Shown piece after piece: positions 40,973 through 54,566 of a stretch of DNA of 64,000 bases. Source of the stretch: Eledone cirrhosa (lineage: Eukaryota). Both the position numbers and the translations under genes were made by a program. The notes below the pieces were generated by a model. The model was not told the DNA's origin. It searched no databases and worked only from the letters and a program-made list of their open reading frames with translations. The stretch's first letter is position 1. Each line of letters opens with the position of its first letter. The stretch is taken from contig OZ024743.1 of assembly GCA_964016885.1 (NCBI GenBank), positions 295,616,001-295,680,000 on the forward strand, given 5' to 3'.

Positions 40973-41623
40973 TTTATTCAGGTCTGAGGTTCACCACTGG
41001 ATAGAGCTGGTCAATTCCGTATGGTCAATCGCAATGTAATAATATGGAGAGTACTCAACGTAAAGCAGTTCAACCGTCTTTGTTTTTGTAGTTGGTGGTG
41101 CTATTACGGAGTTAAATATTATAATGAAATGACAGGAGGCTGGATTTGTGTAAATCCTTGAAAGGTTGATTATACTATGGTCATTTCAATGACCGGGTTC
41201 CGTATGAATCCGGTGATATCATCAGGTATTCGGAATATAATACGTGAATGTAATAGATAAAATCCATGGGGCTGAAAATCGAGGACTCGAGGGCGTCCGC
41301 TATTCAGCACCTTCTAACTTTGCCGGCCACCCTCGAGTGACGTGGCTAAAGCTTACAATGTGCTACCACCGGTCAGATAAAGGAAAACAGAAAGGGATGG
41401 GAACATAGAGTTTCGTCGAAGTCCGAATATTCTGAGAAGGCCAGGTTGGTGGTAGGCAAAAACACTGAGCACCCAAAGTCCGAATGGTGGTTAGATATAT
41501 TCAGTCCCATGCCGCTGTTCTTTATTACGGTTAGATATATTCAGTCCCATGCCGCTGTTCTTTATTACATTTGGAAGTGCTCAACATTTCAGGAGCATTA
41601 TTTTTCAGGTTTGAGGTTCACCA
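40973..41623 (-). mobile_element. retrozyme/pLTR-like unit, family 3 (627-bp period)
   Basis: Terminal redundancy TTCAGGTYTGAGGTTCACCA at 40977 and 41604; HHR inside; internal 40-bp tandem duplication 41489-41568; (TA)n flanks. Confidence 0.7.
41172..41229 (-). ncRNA. type I hammerhead ribozyme
   Basis: ATAC-CTGATGA-T-ATCACCGG..CCGGTCAT-T-GAAA-TGACCA-TA-GTAT. Confidence 0.8.
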
Positions 41624-41775
41624 ATATATACCTATATATATATATATATATATTTATTAAAATATTTATTATATATATATACATATATATATATATTTAT
41701 TAAAATATTTATTATATATATATATATATTTATTTATTTATTTATTTATTTATATATTTATTTATATAATATATA

Positions 41776-41816
<41 letters not shown>

Positions 41817-42328
41817 ATGTGTGTATATATATATATATATATACACAGAGAAAGAGAGAGAGAGGGACTATTAGGTTATTCACAGATTGAGGAATATATG
41901 TCGTATGTATTCATAAAAACTAGGTTTTTATAAAGTATAATTTCTATGAGGTTACTGAAACTATTATCAGTTTTTATCTGTATCTTGACAATTTTATCTA
42001 ACATAATTTTGATGTACTACCATTTTGTTTTAAAACGGTCGCCACGTACGATGTAACAGATAATGGGTGTCATATGACATAAATGTATTTCAACTCATAC
42101 AGATCTTTTTTTATTCCATTCATTTATTTATTCATTCTTATCTTACACAATTATTTTACTACATTGAAAGAAACATTTTCCTTCATATTTTGATTTTAGC
42201 TTACAAAATACTTTGTAAAACACACCATATTCAACAGGGCTCCATCAAGCATGTATATATATATACATATGCATATATATATATGTGTGTGTGTGTGTGT
42301 ATATATATATCTATATATATATATTTAT

Positions 42329-42963
42329 GTCAGGTCACCAGTTGGTGCTACTGGTAACATGTATCCCAGTACAACCTGTCTCATGGTCGGGTCGTTGGCG
42401 ACTAAACTGGCAACCCCACCAAGGTTTCTTGGTGAGGAGGGTGACTTTGGACATCCTGCAGGACTAAAAACAAAACCTGTCAAAGGGCAAAGGAGCTCTT
42501 AAAAGTCAATGGCCATCCAAAATCACCGGGAGAGATGACCCCTTTAGCCTTAGTCAAGGCAGAATTCTAGGAGAAGGAAAACTCTGATATAACACCTGCA
42601 ACCCTGATGGTATCCAATGATGTTGACTTGTTCTTCTTTTTGGTAAATAGCATCTTGGTTAAGAGAGTGGGACTGGCTTTGTGCAGTGCCTTTGCTCACT
42701 ATAAAAGCTTCACGGCACAGGCATTGCTTTATATCTGGAGATCTCTCTGCACTTGTCCTCACATGGGCCCAGCACTATGTGTCAATAATTGTCCTACCAT
42801 GGGCCTAGCACTATGTGTCAATGATTGTCACAGGTGTAGTGTTTGTACCAGAGGTTTCAAGTCGCTGGCTGGACTAAAAAGTCACACTCGTTCAGCGCTT
42901 CGGTAGGGGTTATCCTATATGGATGTAAAGTAGTGGCCGTACTCGAAAACGAGTTGGCAGCCA

Positions 42964-42965
<2 letters not shown>
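42329..42965 (+). mobile_element. non-autonomous bipartite RTE derivative, copy 1
   Basis: Structured 5' part joined to [19 protein letters not shown] (C2H2 end of RTE ORFs) and 3' stem-loop GTGGC..ACTCG-AAAA-CGAGT..GCCAC. Confidence 0.65.
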
Positions 42966-43023
<58 letters not shown>

Positions 43024-43046
43024 ATGTATATATATACATATATGTA

Positions 43047-43110
<64 letters not shown>

Positions 43111-43806
43111 AATATAAATTTAGCGAGAATCGCATTTCGGCGGGTAGAAATTAGCGAAACGCAACTTCCATATTCTGCAGACAAGCGGTCCATTGATATG
43201 AAGAAGATACCAGATGTATAAACATAAGTTTAAATGGTCATACACGCTGAGACGATGGTTAAGAAGCCATTAACCACCTTAGCCAAAAAAGCGAACAAGC
43301 TAAACGGGTCAAACAAAATAAGATATGATTGAAATAGTTACCCGGACCCTCGGGGAAGATGGAATACTCCGAAATTGGGTTTCTGCAACACCTAAATCAA
43401 TAATACTGTCTGCTTATAAAAATAAGGTTTGGGTATAAAGATCGAACAAGGCATCGCTTTCTCAACAGGTTTTGTTCTTCGTGCGCCTGAATCTCACAGG
43501 TTATGAAAGCACATGTGAGGTTCTAAGGGGAGATAACCCCTATTTTGGCCAGTGAATTCAGCATGTGTAGTTATTGCAAACATTTGCAAATACCGCACAA
43601 CACGAATTAAGCCTTCGACCGAATTGTTTTTAAAATAAACTTAAGCGATTAATCAGTCAATATATATATATATGTATATAGATGTATATATATAATACAC
43701 ATATATGTATGAATATATGAATATATAAGTGTATGTGTATAAGTATATATGTATATATGTGTATATATATTCTTATATATATATACACATATATACATAT
43801 ATACAT

Positions 43807-44398
43807 GGTGGCTGCCAACTCGTTGTCGAGTACGGCAACAACTTTATATCCATGTAGGAGAACCCCTACCGATGCGCTGAACTTTTTAGTCCAGCCAGCG
43901 ACTTGAAAACTCTGGTAGAAACACTACACTTGTGACAATCATTGACACATAGTGCTGGCACCATGGTACCATGTGACGACAAGTGCAGAGATATCTCAAG
44001 ATATAAAGCAATGCCTGTGCCGTGAAGCTTTTATAGTGAGCAAAGGCACTGCACAAAGCCAGTCCCACTCTCTTAACCAAGATGATATTTACCAAAAAGA
44101 AGAACAAGTCAACATCATTGGATACCATCAGGGTTGCAGGTGTTATATCAGAGTTTTCCTTCTCCTAGAATTCTGCCCTGACAAAGGCTAAGGGGTCATC
44201 TCTCCCGGTGATTTTGGATGGCCATTGGCTCTTAAGAGCTCCTTTGACAGGTTTTGTTTTTAGTCCTGCAGGATGTCCAAAGTCACCCTCCTCACCAAGA
44301 AACCTTGTTGGGGTTGCCAGTTTAGTCGCCAACGACCCGACCATGAGACAGGTTGTACTGGGATACATGTTACCAGTAGCACCAACTGGTGACCTGAC
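43807..44398 (-). mobile_element. non-autonomous bipartite RTE derivative, copy 2
   Basis: Highly similar reverse complement of 42329-42965 with the same two ends. Confidence 0.7.
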
Positions 44399-44467
44399 AT
44401 AACATATATACATACATATATGCATACACACACACATACACATACACACACAAATATATATATAATA

Positions 44468-44508
<41 letters not shown>

Positions 44509-45027
44509 AGTGTAATTTTCTACACAAAACGAAGGTTATAGAGAAAATTGAGGTTGGTAATGGCACATGGAATATATAAGAGACAGAATACTTTTTTGTG
44601 AAAAAAACATATAATTTTATAAGGTAAGGAAATAATAAAGGGTATAAAAAATGACCGGTTTCGATGGGTCTGCAAAAGCCATCTTTTCAAATGTTGATTA
44701 ATATTAAGAAAAATTAATAATACGATGAGTTAAAATTTGAGATTTGAAAATTCAAGTATAAAATTCATTGTGCTTTCATATATTAGCTATATGGTTTACT
44801 TTCTGTAATTTCACATGATCTATGTGAACTTTACTTTGCTTATATAAAGTGGTGTAACAAATAAGCTATCCTTATTCGCAAGAATACACAAGCTACAATT
44901 TGGAAGCAACTACAGCTAAGTAACAGACTAATGACACTAAAAGAAGGGATAATGTTCTTTGTACACAATATAACGAGATTCAAGACTATCTCCCTTATTA
45001 TCAAAACATTTAAAACTGTTTATCATT

Positions 45028-45429
<402 letters not shown>

Positions 45430-45484
45430 AAGAGAGAAAGGGAGAGAGAAGTATGTATGAATATATATATATATATATATATAC

Positions 45485-45676
45485 GTTATTCCGGGTTGAA
45501 TCGGAGGTAACCACAGTAAGTAAGGTACTCAATACATTGCAGAGTATAAAAGTTCTAATATAGATGAGATTCTACAGGACTAGAACTGTTTCATTCTTTA
45601 GAAATCATCAGAGATTACTGATGATTTCTAAAGAATGAAACAGTTCTAGTCCTGTAGAATCTCATCTATATTAGAA
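45485..45676. mobile_element. hairpin-capped pLTR fragment
   Basis: Perfect 59-bp arms 45553-45611 / 45618-45676; unpaired tail 45485-45552 homologous to ~100-170 in the opposite orientation. Confidence 0.75.
45611..45663 (+). ncRNA. type I hammerhead ribozyme
   Basis: GAGATTA-CTGATGA-T-TTC-TAAA-GAA-T-GAAA-CAG-TTCTAGTC-CTG-TA-GAATCTC. Confidence 0.78.
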
Positions 45677-45750
<74 letters not shown>

Positions 45751-45796
45751 TACATACATATATATATATATTCATTCATACATATATATATATATA

Positions 45797-46243
45797 ACAA
45801 AAAGTAATCGCTCTACATGGCTGAATACAATAAATCTGAATTTTTCGCATATTAATAATTGTTTCTACCTTTAGCACAAGGCCAGCAATTATCCCGGTGT
45901 GTTACTGATACTTTATTTTATCGACCCCATAAGGATGAAAGGCAAAGTTAACCTCGGCGGGATTTAAACTTCGTCCTTTTACGGTCTGAGTTCAAATTCC
46001 GCCAAGGTTAACTTTGCCTTTCATCCTTATGGGGTCGATAAAATAAAGTACCATTAACACACTGGGATAATTGCTGGCCTTGTGCCAAAAGTAGAAACAA
46101 TTATTAATATTCGGAAAACTCTGATTACATCTTGTGTTTACATGCCAACACAAGAGCAAGAATGAGAGGCTCATTGTACTGATATGGCTTAAAAGATGTT
46201 GTTTGAATAATTGCAAACGAATCAAATATTAATATTGATATTC
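45797..46243. mobile_element. chimera: family 2 retrozyme-like sequence carrying a head-to-head SINE dimer
   Basis: CATGGCTGAATACAATAAAT flank + SINE(-) + SINE(+) + inverted flank; same structure at 52553-52822. Confidence 0.7.
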
Positions 46244-46255
46244 AAAAAACTGATA

Positions 46256-46446
46256 CGGCGGTAAATTGGCAGTATCGGTAGAGGTTTGCACGCCATGCTT
46301 TCTAGCACAGTTACGTCCCTTTACAGTCTGAGTTCAAATCTCGCCGAGGTTAACTTTGCCTTTCATCCTTACGGGGTCGATAAAATAAAGTACCAGTAAT
46401 ACACTGGGTATTTGCTGGTCTTGTGCCTAAAGTAGAAACAATTATA
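46256..46446 (+). mobile_element. SINE, full length
   Basis: GGCGGTAAATTGGCAGTATCGG...GAAACAATTAT. Confidence 0.9.
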
Positions 46447-47009
46447 ACTCCGGTACTTATATCTTCGTTGAGTGCTCCCTATCCTCATACTGAAGTACTG
46501 GATTTTACCAACATTTACTTTCTTGCTTATATATATATATATATATATATATAGTTAAAAGAATAGAGATGTAACACACAAGTTATTATATATTGGTAAA
46601 CGGAATAGAAAATGCTGACAAATTGTTCACAGTTGAAAGATGGTTTAATTAGGAATAAAAGAGTATTAGTAATTGTATGGGTTAGTATTCAGTTGTGGTT
46701 TTAAGTTTTTAAGTTTTTACCGGTTGTGCATTTCTAAATGCTTTTCAAAAATAATTTTGAGATAGAGTGTCCGTGTTGTTTGCTCTGATCTGATTAGTTT
46801 TGGGAATTCTACCTGTTTTTATGTTAAAAAAGTGGCTCCAGGGCTACTTTGGTGTTGCAAAAATTCTTGTGGTCAAAACAATTTTGATTGGTAGGTAGAG
46901 GTCATGTGAATGTAAAAAATTGATTTTTACATTCACATGACCTCTACCGACCAATCAAATATATATATGTATATATATATATATGAATGTATATATATAT
47001 ATATATATA

Positions 47010-47727
<718 letters not shown>

Positions 47728-47843
47728 TGTATGTATATATGTATATGTGTATGTATATATATATATATATGTATATATATATACATATGTATATATGCAT
47801 ACACACATACAAATGCAATGCACACGCACACACACAGGTATAT

Positions 47844-47892
<49 letters not shown>

Positions 47893-48000
47893 AAGAATGA
47901 GTTTTACAATATATTGGAAGCACTCAACAAAAAATGTTTTCCAGAGTTATTAATATTAATTCAAAATATTAACAAAATAGATATTCTTGTGATCAATTAT

Positions 48001-48065
48001 ATTTTATTATACATATTTCAGAGGTACTGAGTTAAGTTCAACAGTACGTCCTCATCAGATAAAAT
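48001..48065 (-). ncRNA. type I hammerhead ribozyme
   Basis: ATTTTAT-CTGATGA-GGACGTACTG..CAGTACCTCT-GAAA-TATGTA-TA-ATAAAAT. Confidence 0.82.
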
Positions 48066-49574
48066 AAGCTGATGCATGTCATACCCTGACATAGTAGATG
48101 GTTAAGATTTAGTCATGGTAGGGATTAACATATGACAAAACTCAATATTTATAGCCTAATATTGAGAACATGAGATAACATAATACATACAATAGAGAGG
48201 GTGCGTGTAATACAGCTTAAAAAATACATGGCATCAATATAACAGTTAAAAATCTTTTTGTTTTAAACTACTGAAGAAAGAGGAGGGAAAGGAAAGCATA
48301 GAGGAAGAAACAGCTGATCTGATAATATATTTAGTAGGTGGCTCGAAAAAACAAATGAAAGATGATTAAAGAGAGAGAGAGACAAAGGGGAGTAATATAT
48401 GTTAAAGTTTATATACAGTTTTCCATATATGCAACATATATCAAAATTAATATAGTTGGCCGTTAATATTCAAAATATTTAATGTAAGTTATTTCAGAGT
48501 AATGAATATTAATTTAGGTTTTAAAAGTTAGGTATTTGTATTAATATTATAATTATGTTTAATGTCTAAAATTCAAATTTTATGGAAACAAATTTAAAGG
48601 ATTCACGAAACACGAGGAAGAAAATATATAATACTTTTATACCCTCACGAAGGTAATCTTTACCAAAATTATTTATAATATTGACAACAGTTTATATAAT
48701 ATAATTTATAAAATAATTATAGTTATAATTATTAAAGAATTTATTGTTAAATAGTTTGAGTGCCTAAAGGATCAACTGGCCTTATAACTAAACTTAAGGA
48801 AGTCTGAATTTTTAATTATATATATGTGTTGATCAAGAAATATACAAGGATTATAGTTTATTATTTGTTTATAATTGAGGTGATACCTTTCAAATATATA
48901 TAATATAATACAATAATACAATATAGTAAATAAGTTACTGAAAATATTGTTAAAAAAATATATAGTTAAAAAATATTGTTGAAATATATTGCTAAAAAAT
49001 TTATGTTTTATATCAATTATTTTCATTTAGTTATAAGCATATAAGTCAAAACTATATGAGTCCTAATGATAGGGGCTGGATACAAAATAAATATACAAAT
49101 AAAAGATAATGAATTGTTTGTGAAACTTAAAGATGCCCAATATTAAAATATATTATAAATGTAATAGGGTTTAATATAGTAGACAAAAGATACATCTAAA
49201 ATATTTTAATGAATGTGATAGAAAGAGGAGCTAAATATTTGAAAAAGCCGAGGTAATCTAAATTTAATTAAAATAAAATTACGTAAATTAAATTATATTA
49301 TATTAAGTAAAAATCATTATATAAATTCGAACTTCCAGGGAATATCAAACACTTATAACAACATAGAGTCATTTCAGTGTCTAAATTATTTATAAATGTA
49401 ACTACGAGATAAAGATATTTGTACAAGTATATAGAGATATTAATATGAAACGGTATACATTTAATAAAAAATAATTATAATCATTATTAGTAATGCTATA
49501 ATTGTAGTTTTACCTCCAGTTCAGTGGAGAGAGAGACAGACCAATATTTGTTGACTATTATGGTTTGTTATATC

Positions 49575-49744
49575 TTTGGACACACTAGAAGAGGAAGACC
49601 AAGGTTAACGTATGTTGATGCCCTAAGGACAGATACTGGTCTGTTGGAGATGCAGGACATGGCAGAGATAATGAGGGACAGAGACCGCTGGAGAGAACTC
49701 GTCCATGGATCTCGGGAATTTCACCCGCCTTAGATAGATAGATA
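49575..49744 (+). mobile_element. RTE/RTEX-like LINE 3' end with (TAGA)n tail
   Basis: RRGRPRLTYVDALRTDTG..MRDRDRWRELV then stop and TAGATAGATAGA. Confidence 0.8.
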
Positions 49745-50096
49745 TCTATACCTAGATATATATTTTAGAAAAAGTAAATAATTAAATGCAAATCTAACTT
49801 TCTTAGTCCCCCAAAACATACTCAAAATGAGTAAAATATGTAAAATATGCAAACGCAAGAATGATCCACAGTTCAATTATAATCAGTAAATTTACAAGTT
49901 AAATATCCAAAATATATATTTAAAACAGAGACAGATAAATAAAGATCTGCATCAAAATAATAAATATCTAAAAAAAAAAATTATAAATATCTAAAAAAAT
50001 CATAAGGTATGCATGTTTATCAAGTAAACAATTTATCAAAAGAGTATCCTTCATTCTAACATTAATTCTATCATAAATGATTAGAAGATAAAGCAT

Positions 50097-50287
50097 TGGT
50101 GAATTGGCAGTATCGGTAGAGAGTTGGACGCCATGCTTTGACGCATAGAGTTACTGCCCTTGCCATTCTGAGTTCAAATCCCGCCGAGGTTAACTTTGCC
50201 TTTCATCCTTACGGGGTCGATAAAATAAAGTACCAGTAATGTACTGGGTAATTGCTGGCCTTGTGCCAAAAGTAGAAACAATTATTA
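50097..50287 (+). mobile_element. SINE, near full length
   Basis: GGTGAATTGGCAGTATCGG...GAAACAATTATT. Confidence 0.9.
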
Positions 50288-50337
50288 AAGTTTTATAAAC
50301 CGTTATGACTTCTTAGGCCCAACAGTTGATAAGAGAC

Positions 50338-51508
50338 GTTAAAAATGTAGGCCTGATTGTTTAGTGTTTTTTCCTGACTTTTGCGAGGCTTGGAATGTAG
50401 ACAAAGCTTTATGAAGGCAGTTTGAGAATAATTCACTTTTTTTGTTAATTAAGTTTTCATAATTAGTAATTATTAATAGGGTCTCCTTTGTGCAGAGGTT
50501 GCAGTTAGTAAATATAGATGAGTGCGTATATATTTTACTATTACAAAGCTTCGTTCAAAAGATCGAGTATTTTAAATTTTTGTCTTTTAATGACCATATA
50601 AGTTGTGATAAAGAAGTCGAAGACTTCCTATTAAAATTCGAAAATGAGCATTTGTGATTCGCAAATCTTGATTTAAATGTCGAAGAGGTTGTTCCTATGT
50701 AGTTGTATGTGTTGTTATTTGTTTTTACGGTGCATTTATACACCAGATTTCTATCCAGACAATTATTTTGCAGAGGGCAATCTGGTTTATTTCTACAATT
50801 ACATTTCGATTTATTATTATTTATATTAATACTATTATTAATAGCATTATGTTGATTTTGGTTTAGAATTATACTATTTAGTTTAGCGATGTTTTGGGCC
50901 ATATTCATAGTTGTAGAATAAGACAGTTTAATTGTGTGTCTAATAAATATGGAGTGGCATTTATGTTGACTAGGGAACGAACTATGTAAAGCTTGAAAAA
51001 ATAGATTAGCTATTGGTGTTGTTACTGCTACAGAAGCAGGGGCCGCAAACCATATAACTGATTTAGTTCTGGTTCTTTTCCCCGATTTATTCACAGTACA
51101 GGTGTTTGAATTACAATTATTAGAATTTCGTTTATATATGCCATCGTTTATATATGCCATTATTTTTATCAGGATTAAGACTCGGATTATTATTGTCTAT
51201 ATATTCTATATTATTTTTATAACCTGCCCTTCTTAGCGCATCATTGTAATATTCTGCTTTTTCATCAAATATTAATTTATTGGCAGATATTCTAGTTATG
51301 CGTTTTTGTACACTATTTACAATTGCGTTTTTCACAGATTTAGGATGATTAAAGTAATAACTAACGTAATTTAAGTTTTCATTGGGCTTATGGGAAGGGT
51401 AATAAAAACCAGAGTTTAAGTTAAGGGTAACATCAAAGAAATTAACTATTTTGGTACCACTTTCTACCTTTAGTTTAAGGTCGTAATTTTTAAAGAATTC
51501 AATTATAT
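50338..51508 (-). pseudogene. Neptune-type Penelope-like element: RT thumb, Cys linker, GIY-YIG endonuclease; 5'-truncated, frameshifted
   Basis: VNFFDVTLNL, NHP, VIWF..P, IKLSYS, CNCRNKPDCPLQNNC, LVYKC..YIGTTSSTFKSRFANH, CNLCTKE..LINKKSELFSNCLH. Confidence 0.88.
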
Positions 51509-51510
51509 GA

Positions 51511-52384
51511 AAATTGTGTAATATGGAATTATTTTGTATTATGAAATGCAAAAATATTTTATTAAATAACAGAATAGAGCGATCGTTATACTGTAACCAT
51601 CGCTTGAAATCTACATTTTCATATTACAAACACTACCAGGATTGAACGCCTGTCTCCATCTCCGTTTGATTGTCAAAATACATATTAACATTCTCTATCA
51701 GTCTTAATTCTATCAACTCTTCTATTCTTTACCATTTAATATAAATTGCTATAGATAAAATGTGATTTCTTAATTCAATTCCCTAATGCATATACCAGCA
51801 GACTACCAGCATTGTTGTTATTCAGTAGCAGTGTAAATCTCCCTCTTCCTTAATTGACACTTTATATCTATTAATACTACTACACCAAACGACCAGCCCT
51901 GTTCATTGTTCAATTGGTCAAGTATAGATTAAAATAGGCACTCCCCAAAATTCTTATTTAGATAAAATAAACCATATTCTCATTAGAAACCCTTTATATA
52001 CTTGTTTACCAGTAAATTGAATTGCCATCTGTCATATACTATCCCCTCTCTTCCTTTCTTACAACTAATATAAATACTTCAATTTTTCTGATTTTTTCCA
52101 ATTTATCCAATATCTCTGAAGAAGTGACAACTGATTATACATTTGCTATCGAATACTTGCTAACATTATATGATTATGCAAGCAGCGATACATAGGTATT
52201 CCGTCTGTTACAGAAACATATGTCAATACCTAATAAATTCCTTTTTAAAAAAGCACTTTCATTTTATATTCATCTTTTCTACATTTTCTCCGGATTATAA
52301 TGTATACTCGTTGAGTAAACCTACTCGTACGCTGTTCATCTCTAACGTGACGATATATTATCACTACATTATTGATAACCTGAA

Positions 52385-52385
<1 letters not shown>
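51511..52385 (+). mobile_element. 3' end + pLTR of a different Neptune-type PLE
   Basis: + strand KLCNMELFCIMKCKNILLNNRIERSLYCNHR, then HHR-like motif, then (TA)n. Confidence 0.6.
52111..52228 (+). ncRNA. hammerhead motif with long stem II and weak stem I
   Basis: CTGAAGA (52116)-A-GTGACA..TGTTAC-A-GAAA-CATATG-TC; palindromic stem III ACATATGT. Confidence 0.6.
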
Positions 52386-52417
<32 letters not shown>

Positions 52418-52552
52418 TCATACACGAAATAATTACATCTGCGTTCACAGATTGATTTTTTTAGTTTCAGAAGATCCCGTTAAGGATGAAAGCAGCGATT
52501 CTTTGCTTAAACTTTAATCTGTTATTTTAATAAATATATATATATATATATG

Positions 52553-52822
52553 ACAAAAAGTTATCGCTCAACATGGCTGAATACAATAAATTTAATCTGA
52601 ATTTTTCGAATATTAAAATATTAATAATTGTTTCTACTTTTGGCACTAAGTGTTTTGGCAATTATCTCAGTGTTTTACTGGTACTTTAGTTTCTCGACCC
52701 CATAAGGATGAAGGCAAAGTTAACCTCAGCGGGATTTAAACTTCGTCCCTTTACGGTCTGAATTCAAATCCCGCCGAGGTTAACTTTGCCTTTCATTCTT
52801 ATGGAGTCTATAAAATAAAGTA
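52553..52822. mobile_element. second retrozyme-flank + head-to-head SINE dimer
   Basis: Same flank and same GATTTAAACTTCGTCC junction as 45797-46130. Confidence 0.75.
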
Positions 52823-53697
52823 ATATATATACATTCATTTTTTTAGTGTGTGCGCAAAGAGGAGTGTGTTTCTACAATTTTTCGTTTCCCTGAGAAAACC
52901 TAGAGGTTAGAATTCTTGTCAAACCGAGTTGTATATATCTTTTGTGTTACTAGCTGGGTAAAAGTTATTTTATTTACGTCACTATTTAATCTGAAAACTC
53001 ATAGACATCACAATTAATGTTTCCATTGAAGTTTAGCTTAACAAATGTATGTCTTTTAAAGATAAAACTTTTAACTACATATATATAAACACACGGTGAG
53101 AACATTTTAATAATTTCCGCTAGTCTCATTGTTCCAACTTATTTGAGCGCCTAGGTGTCATGTCATTAACTAGAGAAATGAAACCTTTTTTTTTATTTTG
53201 TATATATTTAGATATAATATACACAATGTAAAAATTCTTTTCTGTCCAGCTAATTGTAATGGAATATAGGAATAGACAGACATTCAGCAATCCTAAATAG
53301 AGTTTATCAAGCAAATGAGATACGTTTGCTATTTCATAACAGGAATCAATACAAAATTTACCCACCTTGGTATTCTCATAACTTTTGATAGATTATGGTG
53401 CACTGAGATTGTAATGACATAGCTGGGGAAACAGTCTCACAATATTTTTCAGTCTAGAACATTAATCATAAAATTCGAATTATACACATGCATCTTCTAT
53501 ATCACAGCGCTTGATTTAACAGTTCTCAATATCACAAATGTGAGCTCTAGACAAAGCGAGAGTTTGAGGGAGAAAAACAGAGAGAAGAACATATGGATAA
53601 GTAGATCTCCGTCTCCCTCTCTCTCGCCTACTCTATTGTCCTCTCTCCATCATACCCCTCTCTCTCTCCTCCTTCTCTCTCTCTTTTTTTGTATGTA

Positions 53698-53758
<61 letters not shown>

Positions 53759-54271
53759 GAGATGGATAGGTATGTACGTAGATAGCTAGATAGATAGATA
53801 GATAGATACATACATAGATACATAGTCACAGATAAATAAATAAGTAAATAAGGGGGGAAGGAGGTAGATAGATAGATACATTGGTGGATAGATAGATCAA
53901 CCTATTCTAAGGGAATGCTATTTATCACATTACGATAGTGTGACTGCGCTGACGACGTGTGTAGCTGCAGAAACATTTAGATATCCAGTTTTGAAACTGT
54001 GAAGTATATGTACGAATATATCTTTGACCATATTTAAGACATTGTTTTCCTTTAATTTATTTCCCATAAGTGGCAAAATTTTGATATAATCCCCACCTTT
54101 AAAATAATATACACATTTAACTCTATCTTTGGGATTGAGTATATTATTTGGTTAATATATACTTTGTTTTCATATAAAAAATATACGATATATGTGTATG
54201 CCTACATATATACACATATTTATGTGTATATATATATATGTATATATATAAATATATATATATACATATAT

Positions 54272-54387
<116 letters not shown>

Positions 54388-54404
54388 TGTGTGTATGTAT
54401 ATAA

Positions 54405-54566
<162 letters not shown>

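Noticed and set aside
42405-42445. Twister ribozyme suggested by GAGGAGGGT in the RTE-like 5' region
   Set aside because: The conserved P4 loop/pseudoknot sequence (GGUCCCAAGCCC-like) is absent
43340-43525. HHR-like fragments (GGAAGA..GAAA; CTGAA..GAAAGCACATGTG)
   Set aside because: Cores incomplete; too degenerate to call
53945-53990. CTGACGA...GAAAC possible hammerhead
   Set aside because: Stems I-III do not pair convincingly
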